Origin: Macrostomum lignano | Lineage: Eukaryota | DNA length: 64,000 nt | Direction of reading: 5' to 3' | Assembly: GCA_002269645.1 (NCBI GenBank) | Contig: NIVC01002616.1 | Span: 92,668-156,667, forward strand | Part shown: one piece after another, positions 1-18,745 of the stretch | Layout: each line of letters opens with the position of its first letter | How positions within the stretch are numbered: position 1 is the stretch's first letter | The notes under the pieces: model-generated | Database searches by the model: none | Seen by the model: the letters and a program-made list of their open reading frames with translations, nothing else | Told to the model about the DNA's origin: nothing | Made by a program: the position numbers and the translations under genes

Positions 1-3000
1 CCCAATCAATCTACAGTGATCCCAATCAATCTGCAGTGATCCCAATCAATCTCTAGTGATCCAATCAATCTCCAGTGATCCCAATCAATTTCTAGTGATC
101 CCAATCAATCTCCAGTGATCCCAATCAATTTCTTGTGATCCCAATCAATCTCTAGTGATCCCAATCAATCTCTAGTCATCCCAATCAATCTCTACTGATC
201 CCAATCAATCTCCAGTGATCCCAATCAATCTCTAGTGATCCCAATCAATCTCTAGTGATCCCAATCAATCTCTACTGATCCCAATCAATCTCTAGTGATC
301 CCAATCAATCTCTAGTGATCCCAATCAATTTCTAGTGATCCAATCAATCTCCAGTGATCCCAATCAATCTCTAGTGATCCCAATCAATCTCTAGTGATCC
401 CAATCAATCTCTACTGATCCCAATCAATCTCTAGTGATCCCAATCAATCTCTAGTGATCCCAATCAATTTCTAGTGATCCAATCAATCTCCAGTGATCCC
501 AATCAATTTCTAGTGATCCCAATCAATCTTTAGTGATCCCAATCAATCTCTAGTCATCCCAATCAATCTCTACTGATCCCAATCAATCTCCAGTGATCCC
601 AATCAATCTACAGTGATCCCAATCAATCTGCAGTGATCCCAATCAATCTCTAGTGATCCAATCAATCTCCAGTGATCCCAATCAATTTCTAGTGATCCCA
701 ATCAATCTCCAGTGATCCCAATCAATCTCCAGTGATCCCAATCAATTTCTAGTGATCCCAATCAATCTCTAGTGATCCCAATCAATCTCTAGTGATCCCA
801 ATCAATCTCTAGTGATCCCAATCAATCTCTAGTGATCCCAATCAATCTCTAGTGATCCCAATCAATCTCTAGTGATCCCAATCAATCTATAGTGATCCCT
901 ATCGAACTCCAGTGATCCCAATCAATCTATAGTGATCCCAATCAATTTCTAGTGATCCAATCAATCTCTAGTGATCCAATCAATCTCTAGTGATCCCAAT
1001 CAATCTCTACTGATCCCAATCAATCTCTAGTGATCCCAATCAATCTCTAGTGATCCCAATCAATTTCTAGTGATCCAATCAATCTCCAGTGATCCCAATC
1101 AATTTCTAGTGATCCCAATCAATCTCTAGTGATCCCAATCAATCTCTAGTGATCCCAATCAATCTCTAGTGATCCCAATCAATCTCTAGTGATCCCAATC
1201 AATCTCTAGTGATCCCAATCAATTTATAGTGATCCCAATCGAACTCCAGTGATCCCAATCAATCTATAGTGATCCCAATCAATCTCTACTGATCCCAATC
1301 AATTTCTAGTGATCCTAATCAATTTCTAGTGATCCAATCAATCTCTAGTGATCCCAATCAATCTCTAGTCATCCCAATCAATCTCTAGTGATCCCAATCA
1401 ATCTATAGTGATCCCTATCGAACTCCAGTGATCCCAATCAATCTCTAGTGATCCCAATCAATTTCTAGTGATCCCAATCAATTTCTAGTGATCCCAATCA
1501 ATTTCTAGTGATCCCAATCAATTTCTAGTGATCCCAATCAATTTCTAGTGATCCCAATCAATTTCTAGTGATCCCAATCAATTTCTAGTGATCCCAATCA
1601 ATCTCTAGTGATCCCAATCAATTTCTAGTGATCCCAATCAATTTCTAGTGATCCCAATCAATCTCTAGTGATCCCAATCAATCTCTAGTGATCTCAATCA
1701 ATCTACAGTGATCCCAATCAATCTGCAGAGATCCCAATCAATCTGCAGTGATCCCAATCAATCTACAGTGATCCCAATCAATCTACAGTGATCCCAATCA
1801 ATCTGCAGTGATCCCAATCAATCTCTAGTGATCCAATCAATCTCCAGTGATCCCAATCAATTTCTAGTGATCCCAATCAATCTCCAGTGATCCCAATCAA
1901 TCTCTAGTGATCCCAATCAATTTCTAGTGATCCCAATCAATCTCTAGTGATCCCAATCAATTTCTAGTGATCCCAATCAATCTCTAGTGATCCCAATCAA
2001 TTTTTAGTGATCCCAATCAATCTCTAGTGATCCCAATCAATTTCTAGTGATCCCAATCAATTTCTAGTGATCCCAATCAATTTCTAGTGATCCCAATCAA
2101 TTTCTAGTGATCCCAATCAATCTCTAGTGATCCCAATCAATTTCTAGTGATCCCAATCAATTTCTAGTGATCCCAATCAATCTCTAGTGATCCCAATCAA
2201 TCTCTAGTGATCTCAATCAATCTACAGTGATCCCAATCAATCTGCAGAGATCCCAATCAATCTGCAGTGATCCCAATCAATCTACAGTGATCCCAATCAA
2301 TCTGCAGTGATCCCAATCAATCTCTAGTGATCCAATCAATCTCCAGTGATCCCAATCAATTTCTAGTGATCCCAATCAATCTCCAGTGATCCCAATCAAT
2401 TTCTTGTGATCCCAATCAATCTCTAGTGATCCCAATCAATCTCTAGTGATCCCAATCAATCTCTAGTGATCTCAATCAATCTGCAGTGATCCCAATCAAT
2501 CTCTAGTGATCCAATCAATCTCCAGTGATCCCAATCAATTTCTAGTGATCCCAATCAATCTCCAGTGATCCCAATCAATTTCTAGTGATCCCAATCAATT
2601 TCTAGTGATCCCAATCAATCTCTAGTGATCCCAATCAATCTCTAGTGATCTCAATCAATCTACAGTGATCCCAATCAATCTGCAGAGATCCCAATCAATC
2701 TGCAGTGATTCCAATCAATCTACAGTGATCCCAATCAATCTACAGTGATCCCAATCAATCTGCAGTGATCCCAATCAATCTCTAGTGATCCAATCAATCT
2801 CCAGTGATCCCAATCAATTTCTAGTGATCCCAATCAATCTCCAGTGATCCCAATCAATTTCTTGTGATCCCAATCAATCTCTAGTGATCCCAATCAATCT
2901 CTAGTGATCCCAATCAATCTCTAGTGATCTCAATCAATCTACAGTGATCCCAATCAATCTGCAGAGATCCCAATCAATCTGCAGTGATCCCAATCAATCT

Positions 3001-4772
3001 ACAGTGATCCCAATCAATCTACAGTGATCCCAATCAATCTGCAGTGATCCCAATCAATCTCTAGTGATCCAATCAATCTCCAGTGATCCCAATCAATTTC
3101 TAGTGATCCCAATCAATCTCCAGTGATCCCAATCAATTTCTTGTGATCCCAATCAATCTCTAGTGATCCCAATCAATCTCTAGTCATCCCAATCAATCTC
3201 TACTGATCCCAATCAATCTCCAGTGATCCCAATCAATCTCTAGTGATCCCAATCAATCTCTAGTGATCCCAATCAATCTCTACTGATCCCAATCAATCTC
3301 TAGTGATCCCAATCAATCTCTAGTGATCCCAATCAATTTCTAGTGATCCAATCAATCTCCAGTGATCCCAATCAATCTCTAGTGATCCCAATCAATCTCT
3401 AGTGATCCCAATCAATCTCTACTGATCCCAATCAATCTCTAGTGATCCCAATCAATCTCTAGTGATCCCAATCAATTTCTAGTGATCCAATCAATCTCCA
3501 GTGATCCCAATCAATTTCTAGTGATCCCAATCAATCTTTAGTGATCCCAATCAATCTCTAGTCATCCCAATCAATCTCTACTGATCCCAATCAATCTCCA
3601 GTGATCCCAATCAATCTACAGTGATCCCAATCAATCTGCAGTGATCCCAATCAATCTCTAGTGATCCAATCAATCTCCAGTGATCCCAATCAATTTCTAG
3701 TGATCCCAATCAATCTCCAGTGATCCCAATCAATCTCCAGTGATCCCAATCAATTTCTAGTGATCCCAATCAATCTCTAGTGATCCCAATCAATCTCTAG
3801 TGATCCCAATCAATCTCTAGTGATCCCAATCAATCTCTAGTGATCCCAATCAATCTCTAGTGATCCCAATCAATCTCTAGTGATCCCAATCAATCTCTAG
3901 TGATCCCAATCAATCTATAGTGATCCCTATCGAACTCCAGTGATCCCAATCAATCTATAGTGATCCCAATCAATTTCTAGTGATCCAATCAATCTCTAGT
4001 GATCCAATCAATCTCTAGTGATCCCAATCAATCTCTAGTGATCCAAATCAATCTCTAGTGATCCCAATCAATCTATAGTGATCCCAATCGAACTCCAGTG
4101 ATCCCAATCAATCTATAGTGATCCCAATCAATCTCTAGTGATCCCAATCAATCTATAGTGATCCCAATCGAACTCCAGTGATCCCAATCAATCTATAGTG
4201 ATCCCAATCAAACTCCAGTGATCCTAATAAATCTCCAGTGATCCCAATCAATCTATAGTGATCCCAATCGAACTCCAGTGATCCCAATCAATCTATAGTG
4301 ATCCCAATCAAACTCCAGTGATCCTAATAAATCTCCAGTGATCCCAATCAATCCCAGTGATCCCAATCAAACTCCAGTGATCCTAATAAATCTCCAGTGA
4401 TCCCAATCAATCTGCAGTGATCCCAATCAATCCCAGTGATCCCAATCAATCTGCAGTGATCCCAATCAATCTCTAGTGATCCCAATCAATCTCCAGTGAT
4501 CCCAATCAATCTCCAGTGCTCACAATCAATCTCCAGTGATCCCAATCAATCTCCAGTGCTCACAATCAATCTCCAGTGATCCCAATCAATCTCCAGTGCT
4601 CACAATCAATCTGCAGTGATCCCAATCAATCTCTAGTGATCCCAATCAATCTCCAGTGATCCCAATCAATCTCCAGTGCTCACAATCAATCTGCAGTGAT
4701 CCCAATCAATCTCCAGTGCTCACAATCAGTCTCCAGTGATCCCAATCAATCTACACTGATCCCAATCAAACT
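1..4772. repeat. 20-bp tandem satellite (consensus GTGATCCCAATCAATCTCTA), >230 units, probably the last intron of PASK; runs off window start
   Basis: Direct reading of repeated 20-mers with point variants; abuts the PASK kinase exon, which lacks its C-terminal subdomain. Confidence 0.97.
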
Positions 4773-4806
4773 CAAACCTAAATGGCAAGTAATACTGCAC
4801 ACGCAC

Positions 4807-9844
<5,038 letters not shown>

Positions 9845-10159
9845 GTCGCGCAGGTTCTGAGATATGGTTTCAGAGTTTGGTCAGCTAATGTGATGACTAA
9901 TTTTAAAATAGCTTGACAAAAATTTGCAAGAACCGATCTTTTGTCGAAAAAACATCATTTTATTTGGTATAATGCCTTCTGCGAGTACTAGACTGTTTAG
10001 ATCCTTATTAATTAGATAGTTAGATAATTAATAACTACGTTTAGGAATGCATCATAGGTCGGTAACTTCTGGACCGCGAAGCCTCTCTATCCGGCCCTCG
10101 GGTCCTTTGAAACTTCACAATAGCAATCCGACCCGCTCGAGGGTTTTGCACCTTTTCAG

Positions 10160-11030
10160 CTCTCTCCTATCTTCTCTCTCTCCTCTCACTCATCTTCTCT
10201 CCCTTCTCTCACCCTCTCCCCTCCTCTCTCCTCTGAGCCCTCTTCTCACCTTCCTCTCTCCTCTCTTCTCACTCCTTTTCTCTCTTCTCTCCTCCAAGCC
10301 CCCTCCTCTCACACAATATCTCTCTTGTCCTCTCACCCATCTTCTCTCTTCAACAATCTTCTCTCTTCCCCTTCTCACCCCTCTTCTCTTTCTCTCTTCA
10401 CCCCTCTTCTCTCTTCCTCTTCCTCCCTCTCACCCCTCTTCCCCCCTCTCACCCCTCTTCTCTCTTTCCCCCTCTGGCTCTCACCCCTCTTCTCTCTTCC
10501 CCCCTCTCACCCCTCTTCTCTCTTCCCTCTCTCACCCCTTCTCTCTTCCCTCTCTCACCCTCTTCTCTCTTCCCTCTCTCACCCCCTTCTCTCTTCCCTC
10601 TCTCACCCTCTTCTCTATTCCCTCTCTCACCCCCTTCTCTCTTCCCTCTCTCACCCTCTTCTCTATTCCCTCTCTCACCCTCTTCTCTATTCCCTCTCTC
10701 ACCCTCTTCTCTATTCCCTCTCTCACCCTCTTCTCTCTTCCCTCTCTCACCCTCTTCTCTATTCCCTCTCTCACCCTCTTCTCTATTCCCTCTCTCACCC
10801 CCTTCTCTCTTCCCTCTCTCACCCTCTTCTCTATTCCCTCTCTCACCCTCTTCTCTCTTCCCTCTCTCACCCTCTTCTCTATTCCCTCTCTCACCCTCTT
10901 CTCTATTCCCTCTCTCACCCCCTTCTCTCTTCCCTCTCTCACCCTCTTCTCTATTCCCTCTCTCACCCTCTTCTCTCTTCTCTCTCTCACCCTCTTCTCT
11001 CTTCTCTCTCTCACCCCTCTTCTCTTCTAT
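10160..11030. repeat. CT-rich low-complexity tract grading into 24-bp minisatellite (CACCCTCTTCTCTATTCCCTCTCT)
   Basis: Direct reading. Confidence 0.93.
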
Positions 11031-11924
11031 CTTATTTTCATACTTATAAATTTACTTTGATGCTCCACAAGGTGCATATGATATGTAATTGCTCTGTTTT
11101 AGAAAATATTTACATCATAGCATTTGCAAAAATGGTAGTTTTTTGTTATTTGAACTTATTTTAAACAAGCAAATAATAAGACTAGCACTTTGAAGAACAT
11201 CTTTTTTGAACTGTAACTACAAAAAAACTTAAGTAATTTTAAAACAAACTTGAATAAAAAAAAATTATTCTTAGTGCATCAACAATTTCTTTGCTTGCAT
11301 CTTTGCCAAATTTTAGCCTAACAAATTTGGATAAATAGCAATATTAGCATATGTTTTAATGTTTAAAAGTTTATTTAAATTGAATTATTAAAGAAAACTA
11401 GCTATCCTATTATTTTCTTTTTTTCTACTACTACTACTATCATATCTATGCATTTTGAATATTACTTAGCCAATTCAAAAATAGTTTAAATTATTGAAAT
11501 TGCAATATATTTCTATTTAAAAAGCCTTTTTGTAATAAAAGCCTTTTTCGCATATTATTTTTTTATAAAATTAAATATAAATATTGAACATTTAAATATT
11601 TATTCTTATTATTAAAATCAAAGCTACATTATATTTTCATATTGATTTTTAAATTGCCAATATTTACAACATTTGGTTTAAGATTATAAAATATAGGTCT
11701 ATTAAAAGCCTTTTTGTTTTGGATATTAAAGCCAAAGGTAAAATATATACTTTAGACACTAAAAGGCTAAGCCTAGCCTAACTAAAATAAATATTCCAAT
11801 ATACATATCAACTCTGAGGCTATTACTAGGCCTATGTACTAAAAAATTTAGCAACCTTCCTTGATATTTAGTATTTTGACTTAGAGATTTAGTATATTTA
11901 GATTTTTGACTAGGTATATTATTA

Positions 11925-12550
11925 TGGTAACAGTCCAATTTGATAACAGCCACTTTAGTAACAAATGATATCCGATTTGGTAACAGCCATTTTAGTAACA
12001 ATCAGTGGAAATAAATACAGTATTTATAGATTGATGTACTTTAAAAAATTTTTGCAAACAAATCTTAAACTGAAAACAATGAAAAATAATTGAGATACAT
12101 TTTCGCAAACTTTGAGATATAGATTAATGGTGAAAACTATTGCGTATTTTAATCTACATGTAATTTTATTTTAATTTTTGGGTGTGCCAGATGCATATAT
12201 ACAAGCTGAGACATTCTGTTGACCAAATATTGTGAACATTAGAATCTCTGAGTTAGCAACTTCATTTACTAGAATCAACTTTTCTCTTTATTTATAATTA
12301 CTTCAAAACTTTAATTTTCAACCATTGCATAATGTTCTTTGCTGCATTTAATTTTTACGCACATTTTAATGCACAAATTTAAACAAATTATAATTTATTT
12401 TAACTATAAAATTAAACCATACTTAGCAGTAACAGTAAAATGGTTTAATTTTTTATTAAACTAAGTTGCTAAAATTAATTACCATGGAAATATAGCATCA
12501 GTAGTCATTAAACTGCTTTGTTACCAAAGTTGCTATTACCAAAGTGGATT
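11925..12550. mobile_element. Possible degenerate MITE with GGTAAC/GTTACC subterminal repeats in inverted orientation
   Basis: Repeated (T)GGTAACAG at 11928-12000 and GTTACC/ATTACCAAAG at 12519-12545; no TSD resolved. Confidence 0.35.
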
Positions 12551-12790
12551 GTATTCTATTATGATCAATAGGCCTAACGCAACGCCTAATAAGCTTAGCC
12601 TAGCTCTAGCAACTGCCTGCAACTGGTATAATAAATTAAAAAACTACTTTGTCTACTAGCATACTATCCAAGTCCAAGACTCCAAGGCTTAATTGTATAA
12701 GCAAAGGGAAACAAAATTGCTTATTGACTTTGCCTTGCCCTTTGTTAAAATCATTTTTTCATTTTTTAGTATTTTATCTAGTCTATGACT

Positions 12791-13433
12791 CCATAGTCAG
12801 GAAGGTGGCAGTTTGGTCGGAAAATTCCGGCGCACACAAGCCCTTTTTGGGCACACAACGGCGCACAACGGCGCACAGCGGCGCGCCACAACAGCGCACA
12901 GCGGCGCACTGGCGCACAGCGGCGCACACCAGAGGACACCGGCGCATGGCGGCGCGGCGCGGCGGGCGCCGCGCCACATGCAGCGTTACCCTTGTGGCGA
13001 TCCCATGTAACGATGTAAGTCTTTACTTGTTACAGTACACTATTCACTGTTCTATCTAATGTAACACTGCATTCTACCAAAAAATAAAAAATAAAATAAA
13101 ATATTTTCCTTTTCCTTTTTACCTTTGTTTTTGCCATTTGCTTACTTTTTATGTTTGTTTTGTTTTAAAAATTAAAAATAAATTAAAAATTTTTTAAATT
13201 TCTATTTTCGGTTTAACGATCTCAATTTCTCATAATATAATATAGATAGCCCGTAACCGTCCCGTATTAACCATTATATTCTCTTGTAAAAAAAGGTCTT
13301 TTATTGTCGCAAAGCAGGTAGTGGCGGGCGCACAACGGCGCACACGAGGGTTTTTGTGTCGGCGCACGGCGCACAATTTTGGGAGAGGCCAAAATTTGTT
13401 CCGGCGCACACTCTGCCACCTTCCTGACTATGG
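12791..13433. mobile_element. Non-autonomous DNA transposon (MITE), 643 bp, 21-bp perfect TIR, 8-bp TSD (hAT/P-type)
   Basis: TIR CCATAGTCAGGAAGGTGGCAG at 12791-12811 and its reverse complement at 13413-13433; TSD CTATGACT at 12783-12790 and 13434-13441; internal GGCGCA subterminal repeats. Confidence 0.92.
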
Positions 13434-14228
13434 CTATGACTATGTCTACTGCATTTTAAAAACAATCTAAAGGTAAAGACTTTAGACTATTTTACCGGCA
13501 CCCGATAAGATAGGCCCTCAATATTACAAATGGTGCTTTATGCCTCTAGGGCTCTATGCAAGCGAAATGTAGGCATGCTACAATACAATTACAATACATC
13601 ATACATCATACATGTATACACCTGAACTATGCAGGGCTTAAAAAGTGAAGCCTACAGCTATCAAGATAAAAAAATTGAAGATCTATTAGACGAATTAAAC
13701 TGATCCTTCATTGCCTTTAAAAGTAATACGCGATGAGAATATTTAATTTCATAGAGCCCTAGACCACTTGAGGAAGCATGCTAGTTAGAACAATTAAAAA
13801 GTGAAGTTAAGCTATCAATTTAAACTTGCGCGAAAGAATTCCTGGTAAGCACAACGAAAGCTTTTTTAATCAATTGTTCGATTTTCTTCCTGACGTAGAA
13901 ACAAATTGAAAGCCAAATCAATCAGATTCATTAGGGCGACTAGGAGTTTAGATTCCCAGAATTTTAATTTGTTAGTAAGCTAAGATAATTAACGTGATGT
14001 GAACACTGTAGAATTGATCTGAGAGACAGCGGTGAGTGCGGGCAAAGTTCGGCAGAAAAAGCTCGACGGGCAATTCGCTCGCAAGAAACACTCGCGGTCA
14101 AAATGCACTGCAGGAAAAACTCGGCGGTAGTTCGCCTGCGGGCTATTCTCATGGATCCAAGCGAAAATACGCGACAATTCCTGCTTACTGCCCTTAAATG
14201 TCTAAGCAACTATAGCTAGCTGATAATG

Positions 14229-14996
14229 CAGGGGTGTCGGAACCGGGGGGGGGCACTTTTTAGCATAATCCTGCAAGTGCCCTTTTTGAATTTCAAGCAA
14301 GTGTCGGCCGGTTTTCGGCTTTGGCTTGAGTCTTGGAAGCTAACGGTACCAGCTGATATAATAGTTCATGTTGTTTTCAATATCATTCCACTACAGTTTT
14401 TATCTAATGTGCCTAAGCCTAGTGCTTTTAGGGGTCAGCAAACTTTTTACTCAAGGGCCAGATTGAGAACAGCGCATGACTGCCCTTCTGGGTCCGCTTC
14501 GCTGAGCCCCCTACTAAGCGAAACGCGCGCCCAGCAGGAGTCCCTCTGATGACTGCGGGCTATAGGGAGAGCGAATAGGGAATAGAGAAGAGAAATACGA
14601 GCGCAGGAGAAAGGAGAGGCGAAGGAATAAAGGAGAAGAGAATGGAGAGGAAACGGGAGATGAGAGGAGAGGAGATGAGAGGAGAGGAGAGAGGTGAGGA
14701 GAGGAGAGGAGAGAGGTGAGGAGAGGAGAGGAGAGAGAGAGGAGAGGAGATGAGAGAGGTAAGAAGAGGCGAGGAGAGGAAGGAGAGAGGAGAGGAGAGA
14801 GGTTAAGGAGATAAGAGGAGAGGAGTCGAGGTGAGGAGATATGAGAGGAGAGGAGAGAGGTCGGTTGGCACAACTAATGTCACAAACTGACATAACAGCA
14901 GGAGTTAGGGTGCCCTTGGATTTATAAAAAATGTATGTGCCATATGTGCCCTCCCACCAATAGCCCCCCACTTTGAAATATGTTCCGACACCGCTG
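14229..14996. mobile_element. hAT-type MITE, 768 bp, containing an AG-rich tract
   Basis: TIR CAGGGGTGTCGGAAC / GTTCCGACACCGCTG (14/15); TSD TGATAATG / TGTTAATG (7/8); absent from the homologous right arm of the inverted duplication. Confidence 0.88.
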
Positions 14997-15574
14997 TGTT
15001 AATGTCAAATCGAAAGTTCATAAATTAGGTACATGTAGTTCATTCCGTTCAGTCTAAATTCTGCAGACTATAATCAATCAGCAGTCTAGCGGCTATCGGT
15101 TAAATGTTTCACGTTTGACTGAGTGCACAAAATTCAATTTATACTACACACGTTTTATAGATAGTAGTAATTTTCGTCTCGCTGGTCGAAAGATTGATAA
15201 ATAATTTCTGCGTGAAAAATTGGTCACATATTTTCTCTTAAGGATCAAAAAGCATAGATAGTAATTATGTGTGCGTGGAGGGGATCTTCATGGCATCGAA
15301 AAAGAACCCCCCCCCCCTACGTCGCTCGAGAAAAAATGATTTTCACTCGATCTTTTGTTGATTTTTGTATTCGCAGCGACAGTTGACAATTTCTTTAAGC
15401 ATCGATTCGGTATCTGTTTTTTACGAACGTCTTGTATCTGTGACAATGTGACGCTTTATCAAGGTTACAAATTGACAGTTTGCTGCTTGCAGTTGCAATG
15501 TTGCAGGTTCTCCCTCCAGAAAATCAATCAGAGAGGTGACTATAATATAAGGTAGACAAAGAGACATGGGCGCC

Positions 15575-16715
15575 CACAGACAGGGGCGCCCTCCAAGAGA
15601 CAGGGGCGCCCACCAAGAGACAGGGGCGCCCACCAAGAGACAGGGGCGCCCACCAAGAGACAGGGGCGCCCACCAAGAGACAGGGGCGCCCACCAAGAGA
15701 CAGGGGCGCCCACCAAGAGACAGGGGCGCCCACCAAGAGACAGGGGCGCCCACCAAGAGACAGGGGCGCCCACCAAGAGACAGGGGCGCCCACCAAGAGA
15801 CAGGGGCGCCCACAAAAAGAGACAGCTAGGGGCGCCCAGAAAAAGAGACAGGGGGCGCCAATAAAAAAGACAGGGCACCCACAAAGAGACAAAGGCGCCG
15901 AGAAAAAGAGACAGAAGCGCCAAGAAAAAAAGACAGAAGCGCCAAGAAAAAGAGACAGAAGCGCCAAGAAAAAAAGACAGAAGCGCCAAGAAAAAGAGAC
16001 TGAAGCGCCTAGAAAATGACACAGAGGCGCCCAGAAAAAGAGACATGGGCGCCCACAAAGAGACGGGGGCCCCCACAAAGAGACGGGGGCGCCTACAAAG
16101 AGACAGGGCCCCCACAAAGAGACAGGGCCCCCACAAAGAGACAGGGCCCCCACAAAGAGACAGGGCCCCCACAAAGAGACGGGGGCCCCCACAAAGAGAC
16201 GGGGGCGCCTACAAAGAGACAGGGCCCCCACAAAGAGACAGGGCCCCCACAAAGAGACAGGGCCCCCACAAAGAGACAGAGGCACCCACAAGGCGTTCAA
16301 CAAGAGCCAGGGCCCCCACCAAAGAGACAGGGCCCCCACAAAGAGACAAGGCCCCCACAAAGAGACAGGGCCCCCACAAAGAGACAGAGGCACCCACAAG
16401 GCGTTCAACAAGAGCCAGGGCCCCCACCAAAGAGACAGGGCCCCCACAAAGAGACAAGGCCCCCACAAAGAGACAGGGCCCCCACAAAGAGACAGAGGCA
16501 CCCACAAGGCGTTCAACAAGAGCCAGGGCCCCCACCAAAGAGACAGGGCCGCCACAAAGAGACAGGGGCACCCACAAGGCGTTCAACAAGAGCCAGGGCC
16601 CCCACCAAAGAGACAGGGCCGCCACATAGAGACAGGGCCGCCACAAAGAGACAGGGCCGCCACAAAGAGACAGGGCCCCCACAAAGAGACAGGGCTGCGC
16701 CCACAACAGGGGCAC
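15575..16715. repeat. 20/21-bp minisatellite family (GACAGGGGCGCCCACCAAGA and derivatives), left arm
   Basis: Direct reading. Confidence 0.95.
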
Positions 16716-18139
16716 CCAGTAGAACGCACTGTCAGTGAATTTGGTAACATATCAGCGACTTTAGCGATCCTTAAAACTGGCTCAGAAATTAGTTTTGAAA
16801 GCGCTTCTATACTGGTACCGTTTCCTTTGCCAGCTTGATAATCTTTCTTATTTCTTTCTTAATTTCCTCACCTGTAGAGCGCCCAACGAGAAATGAATAT
16901 GAGGCAGAAAGTGGTGTTCAACATCATGAGCACGAGAATCGCCCGCCCACACATTTTGCCCGTCGATTTTTTCCCGCCGAACTTTGCCTCGATGCTTTTG
17001 TTCTAACAGTGAAAAAACACAGGTAAAATACACGTAAATAATTTTGCCATATTTACAATTGGTACGTGGTCCTTAAGCTGACACGGGAATTTTTAACCGT
17101 TGAAGACACCAAGACAAGATCGAGCCCATGCAAGCACGCTGAGCCGCCTTTCGGGTTGGATTCGTCATCGAACCCACGCGTCCGTAGCAGCAGAAAGCCG
17201 TCTCGCATTTAAAAAAAGCTTACAGTGCATTTAACTGAATACCTGAGCTACTCGAATGAGTCTACTGACTACTTGAATTTGTTGGATGGCCTGTGTCCTC
17301 TGGTATACATTTGTGGCTGCTGTGTCAGTCTGATGGTCTCAGTGTCATTTGTTTTAAGAGTATTTTTAAAAGCGCAGCGCACAATGTACCCTAAACTACT
17401 GCGAGCGTATTTGCATGTTGACTGACAAAATTTTCTACAATACAACCCGGATACGAGCTTGTACTTTTACCAGCGTAAATTCAAGTTTAGTAAATCTATT
17501 CGACGCTTTGTATAGGGCACGCAAGGTCAGACTGTTCGTCAAGAATCATTCAACATGCATAATATGCGTTGCTAGATTAGTTGTTTTCTGACCACTCTGC
17601 TTTCAAACGATATATTTAATCTTTAGATGTCATCTATAATTTGTGATCGTCTTCGGTCGTTCCAATATCATGTTTCGTTGTCAATATGCAGCGCGTTCAC
17701 GTTTATTCAGCGGGCTCGCCAAGCAGCATAGACTTGTACAGAGCATAGTAGCAGCGCCTGTTGCACCGATCATCCGATCTGTCGCAGTCGCAAGCGGACG
17801 GCGTGCCGCCAAATTGAGCCGAATAGGTAGCCAACATATAGCTGGCCGGCACCTGCTCCTTCAGCATGTCGTAGCTCAAGCCACGCGGGCAGCGGTCGTT
17901 TACGATGCAAGGCCTGAACACCATTTCCAGCTGTCTCATATTCATCTCTCGTTGACCGCTCTGGTGAAGAAATTATACACGAGAAAGATGTATCAATCTG
18001 GCTAAGAAAACGGTGCTAGTATGGGCGCTTTCAAAACTAACTTGCTGAGCCAGTAATAACAGTCGCCAAAGTCTCTGATGTGTTACCAATTTCGCTGGAA
18101 GAGCGTGCTACTATTGATAGGGTCTCTCCTGCCTCTATA

Positions 18140-18745
18140 TGGGCGCCCCTGTCTCTTGTTGGGCACCCCTGTCTCTTGGTGGGCACCCCGGTCTCTTGGT
18201 GGGCACCCCGGTCTCTTGGTGGGCACCCCGGTCTCTTGGTGGGCGCCCCTGTCTCTTGGTGGGCACCCCGGTCTCTTGGTGGGCACCCCGGTCTCTTGGT
18301 GGGCACCCCTGTCTCTTGGTGGGCACCCCGGTCTCTTGGTGGGCACCCCTGTCTCTTGGTGGGCACCCCGGTCTCTTGGTGGGCGCCCCTGTCTCTTGGT
18401 GGGCACCCCGGTCTCTTGGTGGGCGCCCCTGTCTCTTGGTGGGCGCCTCTGTCTCTTGGTGGGTGCCTCTGTCTCTTAGTGAGCACCACTGTCTCTTGGT
18501 AGGCGCCCCTGTCTCTTGGTGGGCACCCCTGTCTCTTAGTGAGCACCACTTGTCTCTTGGTAGGCGCCCCTGTCTCTTGGTGGGCACCCCTGTCTCTTAG
18601 TGAGCACCACTGTCTCTTGGTAGGCGCCCCTGTCTCTTGGTGGGCACCCCTGTCTCTTAGTGAGCACCACTTGTCTCTTGGTAGGCGCCCCTGTCTCTTG
18701 GGAGGCGCCCCTGTCTCCTGGTGGGCGCCCCTGTCTCTTGGTTTA
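18140..18745. repeat. Reverse-complement copy of the same 20-bp minisatellite, right arm
   Basis: TGTCTCTTGGTGGGCGCCCC units. Confidence 0.95.
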
